A DNA stretch of 64,000 bases from Thermovirgaceae bacterium (GTDB lineage Bacteria > Synergistota > Synergistia > Synergistales > Thermovirgaceae): NCBI GenBank assembly GCA_040767805.1, contig JAXGNU010000001.1, forward strand, positions 192,001 through 256,000, read 5' to 3'. This document shows, piece after piece, positions 9,682 through 19,278 of the stretch; position 1 is the first letter of the stretch, and the number at the start of each line of letters is the position of its first letter. The notes under the pieces were generated by a model. That model did no database searches and was not told the origin of the DNA. It saw nothing but the letters and a program-made list of their open reading frames with translations. Position numbers and translations under genes: made by a program.

Positions 9682-9758
9682 TGGCGCGCCGGACAGGAGT
9701 CGAACCCGTAACCTTCGGATCCGTAGTCCGATGCTCTATCCAATTGAGCTACCGGCGC
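9682..9758 (-). tRNA. tRNA-Arg (ACG)
   Basis: GCGCCGG acceptor, TAGCTCAATTGGATAGAGC D arm, CT-ACG-GA loop, GTTCGA, 3' CCA. Confidence 0.97.
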
Positions 9759-9776
9759 GCGAAACGTGAAACCATT

Positions 9777-9870
9777 TGGCGGTGGGACAGGGATTCGAAC
9801 CCTGGAGAGAGGTTTAAGCCCCCCTACTCGCTTAGCAGGCGAGTGCCTTCAGCCGCTCGGCCATCCCACC
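9777..9870 (-). tRNA. tRNA-Ser (GCT)
   Basis: GGTGGGA acceptor, CT-GCT-AA loop, long variable arm, GTTCGAATCC, 3' GCCA. Confidence 0.97.
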
Positions 9871-9891
9871 CTGTGCGTTTACGCGCGGTCT

Positions 9892-9920
9892 ATTCTAGGC
9901 ACCCCCGGGAGGAGTGTCAA
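9892..9920 (-). promoter_or_regulatory. Sigma70 promoter of the tRNA-Ser/Arg pair
   Basis: TTGACA-17 nt-TAGAAT followed by a GC-rich discriminator. Confidence 0.85.
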
Positions 9921-9928
9921 GAAAACGA

Positions 9929-11353
9929 GTTGCCTCACCTAAAATCTAGACGAAAGCGATACGTTGCCTCACCTAAGAATCTAGCCGAAGGGTATAGCAT
10001 CTTCCTTCAAGGGGCATGACCCTGGAGGAAGGGGGAAGGACGGGTGAGGCTTTCGATGGGTGCGAGGAGGGAAGTGATCGTCCAGGCTTCTGACGAGTAC
10101 CGCAGGGCGTCGAAGAAGGAGAAGGGCCTGATATTGGACCGTGTTACCGCCACGACGGGCTACAACCGGGACTACGCCTCCCATCTTCTCTGCCTCTTCG
10201 GCCGGCGCCTATACCTTGGGGGCGGCAGGGGTGCCTCCCTGATCCTGCAAGCCGACAGAAAGGGCCATAAGGCCCGTGGGAAAAGGAAGAGGCCTAGGAC
10301 CTATGACAGTGAAGCGGCCGCTGTATTGGCTTCGCTTTGGAAGATGATGGACTACATCTGCGGCAAGAGGCTTGCCGCTGCCATTCCATGGCTGGTCCCT
10401 AAACTTGAGGCGACGAGGGATCTCACCCTCTCCGGAGAGACCAGGGACAAGGTCATGTCCATTTCCGCCGCCACCATCGACCGCATCCTGGCGGACCGGA
10501 AGAGGAAACTGCGCTTGAGGGAGCGTTCTTCCACGAAGCCCGGGACTTTGCTCAAGCACAAGATACCGATACGCACCTTCGCCGACTGGGACGAAAAGAG
10601 ACCGGGTTTCGCCGAGATAGACCTGGTTTCCCATGAGGGGGGAACGCCAAAGGAGAATTTGCCTTCACCCTGGACGTCACCGACGTGGCTTCAGGGTGGA
10701 CCGAACTGAGGGCCGTCAAGAACAGGGCCAGGCTCTGGACCCTGGAAGCCCTGAAATCCATCAGGGAGCGCCTGCCCTTCCCTCTGCAGGGCATAGATTC
10801 CGACAATGACTCGACCTTCATAAACTGCCACCTGCAGGGGTACTGCGAGGAGGAGAGGATAACCTTTACCAGGTCCAGGGCTGGCAACAAGAACGATAAC
10901 TGCTACGTGGAACAGAAGAACTGGTCCGTCGTCAGGAGGGTGGCCGGCTATGCCAGGTACGACACGGACGAAGAGGTGAAAGCTCTCAACGACCTCTATG
11001 ACGTTTACAGGCTTTACGTTAACTTCTTCCTCCCTTCGGCGAAGCTGATATCGAAGACGAGGACCGGAGCGAAGGTCAAAAAGAGCTACGACACGCCCAA
11101 AACACCCTGTCAGCGTCTGCTGGACTCTGATCACGTCGCGGAAGAGGTAAAATCCAACCTGAGGGGGCAGTTCGACTCACTCAACCTGGCGGACTTGAAG
11201 AAAGAGGTGGACCGGCTCAAGGCCAGGCTCAACAGGGCCTTTGCGAGTAAGAACAAGGGTCTCCCCGGAAAGGAGACCGATCCCGGTAGGGTCGCTTAGA
11301 TTTCTTCGTGAGGCAGCGAAGGACTTTCACTTAGATTCTTATATGAGGCAACA
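9929..11353 (+). mobile_element. Insertion sequence with rve/DDE transposase (ISNCY/IS481-like; family uncertain)
   Basis: Each end has two copies of GTTGCCTCA-N-AATCTA (9929-9949 and 9963-9984; inverted at 11296-11317 and 11331-11352). No clear TSD. Confidence 0.85.
10044..11299 (+). pseudogene. Integrase-core (rve) transposase split by a 1-nt frameshift
   Basis: KKEKGLILD..TGYNR HTH, EIDLVSH, IDSDND, VEQKN. The frame changes at G6 10637-10642. Confidence 0.85.
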
Positions 11354-11376
11354 GGGAAAAAAGCCCCCCTCCTCCG

Positions 11377-12459
11377 TCATTCCCCGGGGGATTCCTCCCC
11401 TCCCCCCTCGGGGGACGGTCCCTCCTCGGGGGCCCCTTCCCCCTCGTCACCCGCCGGGGCCGGCACCTCGAAGAACTCCGGGGCCAGTACCTGGATGCCG
11501 GCCTCGGCGATCAACCCCTGCAAGTACTCGGCCTGGCCGGCCCGCCTCTTCTGGTAGGCGACCATCTCCCTGGCGTCGGCGCTGGTCTCTTCGAAGGGGA
11601 CGATCTTCTCCTCCAGTTTCTTCTCCTTGATGACGATGACCACGTTCCCCTCACCCAGGGTCAGCGCCTTTGAGACCTTGCCGAGGGGCGTGTCGGCTAT
11701 ACCCTTCAGGTCGCCCTCGGTGAACTCCCTTTCGGCGACGAAGGCGGGTTCCCCCGAGGGGGTGAAATCCAGGACGGCGCCCTCGCCGCCCTTTATGACA
11801 TCGTCCCACTTGCCGCCACCGGCCAGCGCCTTCCGGGCCTCTTCGGCCTTGCCCTCTTCGCTGAAGCGGGCGTAAAGGACGTTGTACCCGGCGGGGTGGC
11901 GGAAGTAGGCCTCCTTGGCCTGGTCGTAGAAGGCGCGGGCCTCCTCGTCGGTGACCTCCGCCCGGGGGGTGTTGGCCTCGAGGACCATCTGCTGGGCCAG
12001 CTGGGCGGCGATGCGCTCCTGGAGGGCCTTCATCTTGATGCCGCTGCTGTCCATGTACTGCTGGAAGGCTTCCTTAGTCGGGAACTGCTTCTCGATCCGC
12101 TTAAGGGCGGCGTCGATGTCCTCCCGGGAGGGCTCGATCTTCTGCCTGGCCGCTTCCTTTTCGAGCATGTGTCCCAGGGCTATGTTGTGCAGGACCTGGT
12201 TACGCATGAGGACGATGGACTCGGGCGAAAGGTCCGACTGCCCCGTCTGCTGGACGAAATCCCTCACCCCGGCGGCCACCTGGGAAGCCATGACCTTTTC
12301 GCCGTCCACGACGGCCACGGCGAAGTCCCTCTCGCCCCCGGGGTGGTGGGAGGGGCCGCCGCCCCTGGTTATGTACATGGCGAATAGGGAGACCACGAAG
12401 ACCACGACCACCACGAGCATGATCGCGCGGGTTTTTGTCCTGAGAGCCTGCATTATCAC
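11377..12459 (-). CDS. SurA N-terminal domain / PrsA-PpiD-like foldase
   Basis: N-terminal TM, VAVVDGEKV, EVTDEEARAFY and a degenerate rotamase region. Confidence 0.75.
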   Translation of the reverse strand: MIMQALRTKTRAIMLVVVVVFVVSLFAMYITRGGGPSHHPGGERDFAVAVVDGEKVMASQVAAGVRDFVQQTGQSDLSPESIVLMRNQVLHNIALGHMLEKEAARQKIEPSREDIDAALKRIEKQFPTKEAFQQYMDSSGIKMKALQERIAAQLAQQMVLEANTPRAEVTDEEARAFYDQAKEAYFRHPAGYNVLYARFSEEGKAEEARKALAGGGKWDDVIKGGEGAVLDFTPSGEPAFVAEREFTEGDLKGIADTPLGKVSKALTLGEGNVVIVIKEKKLEEKIVPFEETSADAREMVAYQKRRAGQAEYLQGLIAEAGIQVLAPEFFEVPAPAGDEGEGAPEEGPSPEGGGEESPGE

Positions 12460-12521
12460 GTTATATCTTCCTCCTTAAGCCTTGGGGCGGGACATTTATT
12501 GTGAATTTCGCAGCGTGTCCA

Positions 12522-12550
12522 ATGATACGTTCCCTTCCCGGAGCTGTCAA
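12522..12550 (-). promoter_or_regulatory. Sigma70 promoter for the foldase gene
   Basis: TTGACA-17 nt-TATCAT. Confidence 0.7.
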
Positions 12551-12562
12551 AGGCTTTTTTTC

Positions 12563-15094
12563 TCATATATCCTCGAAGGTGGCGCCGCCCTTGACGTGGA
12601 CGGCCAGGGGGACCGACAGGTCGGCGGCCCCTTCCATGGACTCCCGGAGCAGCGCCGTCACGGCCTCCTCCTGGCCGGGGCGGCATTCCACCACCAGCGA
12701 GTCGTGCACCTGGAGCACCAGCGGGGCCTCCAGCCCCGCCCGGGCGGCGGAACGATGGTAGCGCACCATGGCCATCCTGGCAATGTCGGCGGCGGTGCCC
12801 TGGAGGGGCGTGTTGACGGCCACCCTTTCCAGGGCGCCCGGCCCCCTCCCCTCCACGGTGGAGACCTCCGAGAGGGGGCGTATCCTCCCGAAGAGGGTCT
12901 TCGTGTAACCCCGCTCCTTGGCGTCGCGGGCCGCGCTCTCCATGTAATCCTTGACCCTGGGGAAGGCGGCGAAGTATCGGCCGATGACCGCCGCCGCCTC
13001 CTCACGGCCTATGCCCATCCTCTGGGAGAGGCCGTGGACGCCCATGCCGTAGAGGAGGCCGAAGTTGACCACCTTGGCCATCCTCCGGTGCTCGGGGGTG
13101 ACCTCGCCGTTGCCGCCGAAGATCCAGAAGGCCGTCTCGGCGTGGATGTCGCGCCCCTGGGCGAAGGCCTCCTTGAGGCGCTCCTCGCCGCAAATATGGG
13201 CGAGGACCCTCAGTTCCACCTGGGAGTAGTCGGCCGCCAGGAACCGGTTGCCCTCGCCGCGGGGCTTCAGGGCCCGGCGGAGCCTGCCCGCCCAGGCGCC
13301 GAAGGTGGGCACGTTCTGGAGGTTGGGGTCCCGGCTGCTGAGGCGGCCCGTCCCGGTGGCGGTATGTTCGAAGGTGGTGTGGACGCTCCCGGTGACGGGG
13401 TCGGTCTGGCGCAGAAGGGGCTGGATGAAACCGGAGATGACCTTGGCGATCTCCCGGTACTCCAGCAGCATCTTGGGGACCCCGTCGTCGCCCAGGGGTA
13501 GGGCCGCCAGTTCCTCCAGGACCGAGACGTCGGTGGAAAAGCCCGTTTTTATCTTCTTCACCGGCGGATAGCCCAATTTTTCAAAGAGGAGCCAGGCGAC
13601 CTGCTTCGTGGAGTTGAGGTTCACGTGGTCGCCGACCAGGTTGTCTATCTGGATGGATATCTCGCCGGTGCGGCGGTCGAGTTCCTCCTCGAGGTCCGAA
13701 AGCTGCCCCTTGTCCACCCGGACGCCGCGCCTCTCCATGGAGGCCAGGACCTGGCAGAGGGGTGTGTCGATGTCGGCCATCACCCTTCCCAGGCCCAGGG
13801 AGAGGACCTGGGGCTTTAGCCTTTCCCGAACCTCCCAGAGGGCCATGGTCTCCTCCGGCGAGGGGCCGAAGGACGACCGGTCCTTTACCTCCGGGTGCAG
13901 GGCGTAGTGCGCCAGGCGCGCGTCCCAGACCCTTCCCGGCTCCGGCAGGAGTGACGGAGCCGCGGCGCAAAGTTCCTTGTAGCCGCCCGTGATGACCAGG
14001 CCTCCCCGGGCCCACCGCGCCAGTTTTTCGAGGGCCGGGCCGTCGGCGGCGCCCCTCCAGAAGCGGCCGTCGGCGGAGCAGAGGCACAACTCCTGGATGG
14101 AGTAGTCCTGGGGGTAATCGCCCCCCCCGGACCACCCGAGGGCAAGTTCCTCCCCGGAGAGCAGTTCCTCCAGGGTTCCCTCGCGAAGGTCGACCGGGGC
14201 CTTTGGGGCCGACGATGCCGGCCCCGCCGGGGGCGCCCCCCCGAGGAGCCGCTGGGCCAGGCTTTTCAAGGCGTAACGCCCGAAAAAGGCGCCCAGTTCC
14301 TCCCTCTTCATCTCACCCCGGTGTAGGTCCCCTTCGTCCAGGGGCTCGTCGAGGCGGAGCCTGGTGAGCTCCCGGCTGGAGAAGGCCGTCTCCCTGCCCT
14401 CCTCCAGTTTTTTCCGGAGGCCCGGCTTCATCCCCTCGAGGCGCCCGTAGATGCCCTCCAGGGAGCCGTGTTCGGCCAGGAGGGCTCTGGCGGTTTTGTC
14501 GCCGACGCCCTTTATGCCGGGGATGTTGTCCACGCTGTCGCCCACCATGGCCAGGTAGTCGGCCATGGCGGAGGGGTCGAAGCCGTAGTCGCCGCGGAAG
14601 CTCTCGGGGTCCCAGAGGCGGAACTCGCTGACGCCCTTGACGGGCCGCATCACCTGCAGGTTTTCCCCCAGGACCTGGAGGATATCCTTGTCGGCCGTGA
14701 GGACGACCACGCGGTAACCCTTTTCGGCGGCCGAGCGGGCCGTGGAGGCTATGACGTCGTCGGCCTCGACGCCGGCCCTTTCCACCACGGAAAGGCCGAG
14801 GTCCCGGGAAAACTCCTTGATGAGGGGCACCTGGGCCTTGAATTCCTCCGGTGTCGGCTGCCGCCCCTCCTTGTAGGCCTCGAAGGCCTCGTGCCGGAAG
14901 GTGGGCCCCGGCGCGTCGAAGACGACGGCGGCGAGGTCGGGCTTAAGTTCCTCCAGGGTCCTGAGGAGCATGTTGGCGTATCCCAGGAGGGCGTTGGTGG
15001 GGGTGCCGTCGGGCGCGTTCAGTTCGGGCAGGGCGAAGAAAGCCCTGAAGGCGAGCCCGTGGCCGTCCACGAGAAGAACCGTCCTTTCCGGCAT
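12563..15094 (-). CDS. polA: DNA polymerase I
   Basis: 5' nuclease (VDGHGLAFRAF, EADD), TGRLSSRDPNLQN, DYSQVELR, KVVNFGLLYG, QVHD. Confidence 0.97.
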   Translation of the reverse strand: MPERTVLLVDGHGLAFRAFFALPELNAPDGTPTNALLGYANMLLRTLEELKPDLAAVVFDAPGPTFRHEAFEAYKEGRQPTPEEFKAQVPLIKEFSRDLGLSVVERAGVEADDVIASTARSAAEKGYRVVVLTADKDILQVLGENLQVMRPVKGVSEFRLWDPESFRGDYGFDPSAMADYLAMVGDSVDNIPGIKGVGDKTARALLAEHGSLEGIYGRLEGMKPGLRKKLEEGRETAFSSRELTRLRLDEPLDEGDLHRGEMKREELGAFFGRYALKSLAQRLLGGAPPAGPASSAPKAPVDLREGTLEELLSGEELALGWSGGGDYPQDYSIQELCLCSADGRFWRGAADGPALEKLARWARGGLVITGGYKELCAAAPSLLPEPGRVWDARLAHYALHPEVKDRSSFGPSPEETMALWEVRERLKPQVLSLGLGRVMADIDTPLCQVLASMERRGVRVDKGQLSDLEEELDRRTGEISIQIDNLVGDHVNLNSTKQVAWLLFEKLGYPPVKKIKTGFSTDVSVLEELAALPLGDDGVPKMLLEYREIAKVISGFIQPLLRQTDPVTGSVHTTFEHTATGTGRLSSRDPNLQNVPTFGAWAGRLRRALKPRGEGNRFLAADYSQVELRVLAHICGEERLKEAFAQGRDIHAETAFWIFGGNGEVTPEHRRMAKVVNFGLLYGMGVHGLSQRMGIGREEAAAVIGRYFAAFPRVKDYMESAARDAKERGYTKTLFGRIRPLSEVSTVEGRGPGALERVAVNTPLQGTAADIARMAMVRYHRSAARAGLEAPLVLQVHDSLVVECRPGQEEAVTALLRESMEGAADLSVPLAVHVKGGATFEDI

Positions 15095-15189
15095 TTGCGG
15101 CATCTCCTTCGTCAGGGTTATTTGGGGTATACTGCTGTTCGACTCCAATGCTACCGGATAGGATACCACCAGGGAAGGATGAACGGGAA

Positions 15190-16503
15190 ATGACTCCGAC
15201 CACAAGGGTACGCTTCGCTCCCAGCCCCACGGGGGCCCTCCACATCGGCGGGGCCCACACGGCCCTCTTCAACTGGCTCTGGGCCCGCCACAACGGCGGG
15301 TCCTTCATCCTGCGCATCGAGGACACGGACCTGGCCCGCTCCACCGAGGAGCACGAGAGGACGATACTCCAGGGGCTGGGCTGGCTGGGGCTCGACTGGG
15401 ACGAGGGCCCCGACGTGGGCGGGAGCCACGGCCCTTACAGGCAGTCCGAGAGAAGGGAGATCTACCTCCGCCACGCCCACGACCTCGTGAGGTCGGGGCA
15501 GGCCTACTGCGAGGGCGAGGCTGTCATCTTCTCCGTCCCCAGGGGTAGGACGGTGGCCTTCGACGACGTCGTCTACGGGCACATCGAGATGGAAAGCGAC
15601 ACCCTGAAGGACATCGTCCTTATAAAGAGCGACGGTTTCCCCACCTACAACTACGCCGTCGTCGTCGACGACCACCTGATGGATATAACATACGTGGTCA
15701 GGGGCGAGGACCATATCTCGAACACGCCGAAGCAGATCCTCCTCTACCAGGCCCTGGGCTGGGAGACGCCCCTCTTCGCCCACCTGCCGATGATCCTCGG
15801 TCGGGACAAGAAGAAACTATCCAAGAGGCACGGCGCCACCGGCGTCTACGAGTACCGCGACATGGGCTACCACCCCGACGCGCTCTTCAACTACTTCGCG
15901 CTGCTGGGGTGGAACCCCGGGGACGACCGGGAGATCTTCACCCGGGGGGAGGCCGTGAGGATGTTCGACCTGTCGAAGGTGACAAAGAAGGCGGCCGTCT
16001 TCGACATGGACAAGCTGAACCACGTGAACCAGGCCCACATCGCCATGATGCCGCCCCTGGAGAGGGCCCGGCACACCTTCCCCTTCTGGGAGGAGGCGGG
16101 CCTGGACCCGGGATCGCGGAGCGAGGAGTGGCTGGCGGGGGCCCTGGACCTCCTGGAGGGGCGGGGCCGGACCTTCCGGGAACTGGCGGAGTACACCGAC
16201 TACTTCCTCTCCTTCGAGGCGGTGAAAAGGCGCTGGAGCGGGGAAGATATCGACGGGGAACGCAGTGGGGCCCTCAAGGGTTTCTTCACCGCCATGCTTT
16301 CCTTCCCCTCTTGGAAGCCGGAGGAACTGGAAGTGATGGCCAAGGCCTGGTGCGAGGGGAAGGGGATGAAGATGAAGGACGTGGCCATGCCGCTCCGGTG
16401 GGCCCTTACGGGCCGCAGGGTGAGTCCGGGGGTATTCCACGTGGCCGCCTTCCTGGGCAGGGACGAGGTCAAAAAAAGGCTCTCCCACTACGGCCTGGCC
16501 TAG
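15190..16503 (+). CDS. gltX: Glutamate--tRNA ligase
   Basis: RFAPSPTG, HIGG, RIEDTD, RGEDH, KLSKR, plus anticodon-binding domain. Confidence 0.95.
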   Translation: MTPTTRVRFAPSPTGALHIGGAHTALFNWLWARHNGGSFILRIEDTDLARSTEEHERTILQGLGWLGLDWDEGPDVGGSHGPYRQSERREIYLRHAHDLVRSGQAYCEGEAVIFSVPRGRTVAFDDVVYGHIEMESDTLKDIVLIKSDGFPTYNYAVVVDDHLMDITYVVRGEDHISNTPKQILLYQALGWETPLFAHLPMILGRDKKKLSKRHGATGVYEYRDMGYHPDALFNYFALLGWNPGDDREIFTRGEAVRMFDLSKVTKKAAVFDMDKLNHVNQAHIAMMPPLERARHTFPFWEEAGLDPGSRSEEWLAGALDLLEGRGRTFRELAEYTDYFLSFEAVKRRWSGEDIDGERSGALKGFFTAMLSFPSWKPEELEVMAKAWCEGKGMKMKDVAMPLRWALTGRRVSPGVFHVAAFLGRDEVKKRLSHYGLA

Positions 16504-16527
16504 CGGCCCTCTTGCGGGACCGCTTCT

Positions 16528-17556
16528 TTAGTACTTCCTGAGGAACTTGCCCAGGACCCTCCCCGGGTCCGAGGGGTAGGCCATGAGGGCGAAGCAGCCC
16601 AGGGCGTGGATGAACTCCACGGGATAGTCCATCTGGCCCCAGACCTCGAAGCCCCTCTGGGAGAGGTAGGCCATGCCCACGTCGTGATAGGCGCCCGGGT
16701 CCTTCACGTCGCCTTCGGCCTGGCTGCAGGCTATGACCAGGGGTTTGGCCCCTTCGGGGTAAGCGGCCGCCACCTCCTCGAGAAGGACCGTGGGGGCGTT
16801 TCCCGCCCCGAAACCCAACAGGGCCAGGATCTTCTCGTCGCCCGCCGGGGGCGGGGCCGAACCCGGCGAGACGAAGAGCCACCGGATGCCCTTCCCCGAC
16901 CGCCGTGCCTCGTCGGGGGTCATGGCCAGGATCTTTTTGAGGGGTTCGGGGGTCCTCCCCCTGGGATGGGGCGTTTCGGCTATCTCTCCGCCCCTCGCCC
17001 ACTCCGGCGCGAAGTAAAGGGGCATCCCCCCCACGGGGATGAAGGCGTCGGGGTGCTGCGCCCTCGCCTTGTGGGCCCTGTTGCCCTGGATCAGTTTCCA
17101 GTTGCAGTAGATCCAGACCCCCGTCAGGTCGGAACAGACCACCTGGGCGGCCCCCCGCAGGTTCACCGTGACGTCCTCGGGGGTGTAGTCCAGGGTCAGT
17201 TGGCTGCCGGTGAGGACCACCGGTATGCCGACGCCGGAGAAGCAGAGGCTGAGCCAGGCCGCCGAGTGGGCCATGGTGTCGGTGCCGTGGAGGATGAGGA
17301 CCCCGTCAACGCCCTCCCTCACGGCCCCGTCGATGGCCCGGGTCATCTCCAGCCAGTGGCCGGGGTCGAGGTTCGAACTGTCAAGCCCCGGTATCCCCCA
17401 GGGCTCGAGGCATTCCACCTCCTTGTTCTTCCCTGCGAAGAAGGAGGAGATGCTCTCGTGCAGGGCCCTCGAGGCCGAGGCGTCGGGACCCTTCCTCTCG
17501 CCCAGGAAGGCGCTGGCGATGGTGCCCCCGGTGAAGATCACGAGTACCTTTCCCAT
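16528..17556 (-). CDS. L-asparaginase (type I-like)
   Basis: TGGTIA, DSSNL, HGTDTMA, LTGSQ and a catalytic-position Lys (AHKAR). Confidence 0.85.
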   Translation of the reverse strand: MGKVLVIFTGGTIASAFLGERKGPDASASRALHESISSFFAGKNKEVECLEPWGIPGLDSSNLDPGHWLEMTRAIDGAVREGVDGVLILHGTDTMAHSAAWLSLCFSGVGIPVVLTGSQLTLDYTPEDVTVNLRGAAQVVCSDLTGVWIYCNWKLIQGNRAHKARAQHPDAFIPVGGMPLYFAPEWARGGEIAETPHPRGRTPEPLKKILAMTPDEARRSGKGIRWLFVSPGSAPPPAGDEKILALLGFGAGNAPTVLLEEVAAAYPEGAKPLVIACSQAEGDVKDPGAYHDVGMAYLSQRGFEVWGQMDYPVEFIHALGCFALMAYPSDPGRVLGKFLRKY

Positions 17557-17574
17557 GGGGACGCCGCCCTTCCC

Positions 17575-18273
17575 CTACCTGGGGCTGATGGCCTTGACGG
17601 GGCACACCTCCGCGCAGGCCCCGCAGCCTATGCACTTCTCCTCGTCGATGACGTGCTTCTCCCTGGGCGCGCCCGAAATGGCCTGGACGGGGCAGACCTT
17701 GGAGCACTGGGTGCAGCCGATGCACTTGTCGGGGTCGATATGGTACGTGGCCGTCCCAGCATCGACGGCCCCCCCGGCTTCCTTCCCCTCCACGGCGTCT
17801 TCCGCGCCTTTTGAGTCCTCAGCGCCCCCGGTGTCCTTGTCGCCCCCCGTTTTTTCGGCGGCGGGCCTCTTGCCCGAGTCCACCACGACCTCCTTCTTGC
17901 GCTCGTAGGAGGCGAAGGCGAACTCGTCGGTCATCCAGATGCACTGCACGGGGCATATTTCGGTGCATTGGGCGCAGAAGCAGCAGCGGTCCATGTGGAA
18001 GAGGACCTTTTTCTCCTCCTCCAGGTAATCGATGGCGTGGGCCGGGCAGACCTTTATGCAGAGCCGGCAGCCTATGCAGGTCTCCTTGTCGTACCCTATG
18101 CGCCCCCGGAACCCCTCGGGCACCTGGACGGGGTCGTTCAGTTCCAGCTTGCCCTCGGCGGCCGCCTTCAGGGCCTCGGTGAGGCTGTCGGGCATGTGGG
18201 CCACGGGGAAGGGGTTGGTGACCGGGTCCTCGCTCCACTGCCTGAATATCTGGATCATCATCCTGTTGATCAT
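17575..18273 (-). CDS. mbhN: MbhN/NuoI-like 2[4Fe-4S] subunit with an extra C-terminal 2[4Fe-4S] ferredoxin domain
   Basis: Four CxxCxxCxxxCP motifs; the two pairs are separated by a Gly/Ala/acidic linker. Confidence 0.85.
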   Translation of the reverse strand: MINRMMIQIFRQWSEDPVTNPFPVAHMPDSLTEALKAAAEGKLELNDPVQVPEGFRGRIGYDKETCIGCRLCIKVCPAHAIDYLEEEKKVLFHMDRCCFCAQCTEICPVQCIWMTDEFAFASYERKKEVVVDSGKRPAAEKTGGDKDTGGAEDSKGAEDAVEGKEAGGAVDAGTATYHIDPDKCIGCTQCSKVCPVQAISGAPREKHVIDEEKCIGCGACAEVCPVKAISPR

Positions 18274-18285
18274 TTCAACCCCCCC

Positions 18286-19278
18286 TTAAAGGATCACGTC
18301 GAGGGACAGCAGCACCATCCCGACCAGGGACAGGCCGGCGATGTGGAACCAGTAGAATTGCGAGGCCTGCCATATCTTGAAGCGACCGAAGGCCGTCCTT
18401 ATGGTCGTCACGCCGACGATCTGTAGCAAAAAGACCTTGACCCAGAAGAAGGCGAAGTCCGCCAAGAAAAGGAACGGCCCCTTGAGCCCGAAGCGGAGGC
18501 CGATGGTCCAGGGGAAAAAGAGGGAGACCACCACGGCGCACATGACCAGCGTCCTCAGGGAGAAGGCCAGCTTGAACATGGCCAGGTTGCGGCCGGAGTA
18601 CTCGCAGATGAGCCCCTCGAGGATCTCCGTCTTGGCCTCGGCTATGTCCATGGGCACCTTCCCCACCTCGGCGGGTACCACGGCCATGAGGGCCGCCAGG
18701 AGGCAGACCAGGCCGAAGAGCCCCGTCCAGCCCACGACGCTCCAGACGGGCATGCCCACGAAGGTCTCGAGGCTGAAGGGTTCCCCGGGCATGCCCGTCC
18801 GGTAGGAGAACCAGGCCAGCGTGACGATGACCACCGCCAGGGGGAGTTCGTAACTCATCATGAGGGTCATCTCCCGCTGGGCGCCCACGTTGGCGTAGGT
18901 GGAGCCGCTGGCGAAACCGCCCACGGCCATGGCCACCGCCGACAGGCCCAGCAGGTAGAGGATGAGGATCAGGTCGCCGCTCGCCGCCAGTATCGGGGGG
19001 AGCGAACCCATGGGGACGTAAAGGAGGATCATCATCGCCGCGACGGCCGAGACCCAGGGAGCCCCGTTGAAGGCCCAGGGTATGGCCCTGCGGGGCACTA
19101 TGTTCTCCTTGCCCAGCAACTTCAGGACGTCGAAGAAGGGCTGGAAGACCGGCGGGCCGAGGCGCAGCTGCATCCGGGCGTGGATCACCCTGTCGATCCC
19201 CTCGAAGAGAAGGGAGAGGAGGAGCGCGAAAAACAGCAGGGCCGTTCCCGCGACCACCTTGAATTGAAGAAGGATCAT
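18286..19278 (-). CDS. mbhM: Mbh subunit M (NuoH/HycD-like)
   Basis: ARMQLRLGPP, QPFFDVLKLLGKE, DIAEAKTE, EYSG. Confidence 0.9.
   Translation of the reverse strand: MILLQFKVVAGTALLFFALLLSLLFEGIDRVIHARMQLRLGPPVFQPFFDVLKLLGKENIVPRRAIPWAFNGAPWVSAVAAMMILLYVPMGSLPPILAASGDLILILYLLGLSAVAMAVGGFASGSTYANVGAQREMTLMMSYELPLAVVIVTLAWFSYRTGMPGEPFSLETFVGMPVWSVVGWTGLFGLVCLLAALMAVVPAEVGKVPMDIAEAKTEILEGLICEYSGRNLAMFKLAFSLRTLVMCAVVVSLFFPWTIGLRFGLKGPFLFLADFAFFWVKVFLLQIVGVTTIRTAFGRFKIWQASQFYWFHIAGLSLVGMVLLSLDVIL

Noticed and set aside
9929..9984. Two direct repeats of about 22 bp resembling a mini-CRISPR
   Set aside because: The spacer is only 13 bp, inverted copies lie at 11296-11352 and no cas genes are present; these are IS ends.
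9682..11353. tRNA-targeted integrative island
   Set aside because: There is no tyrosine integrase or duplicated tRNA 3' end, and the IS lies upstream of the tRNAs.
13850..14200. PolA without recognisable 3'-5' exonuclease motifs as a novelty
   Set aside because: Inactive proofreading domains are common in bacterial Pol I, and nothing ties it to the exo-WYL gene.
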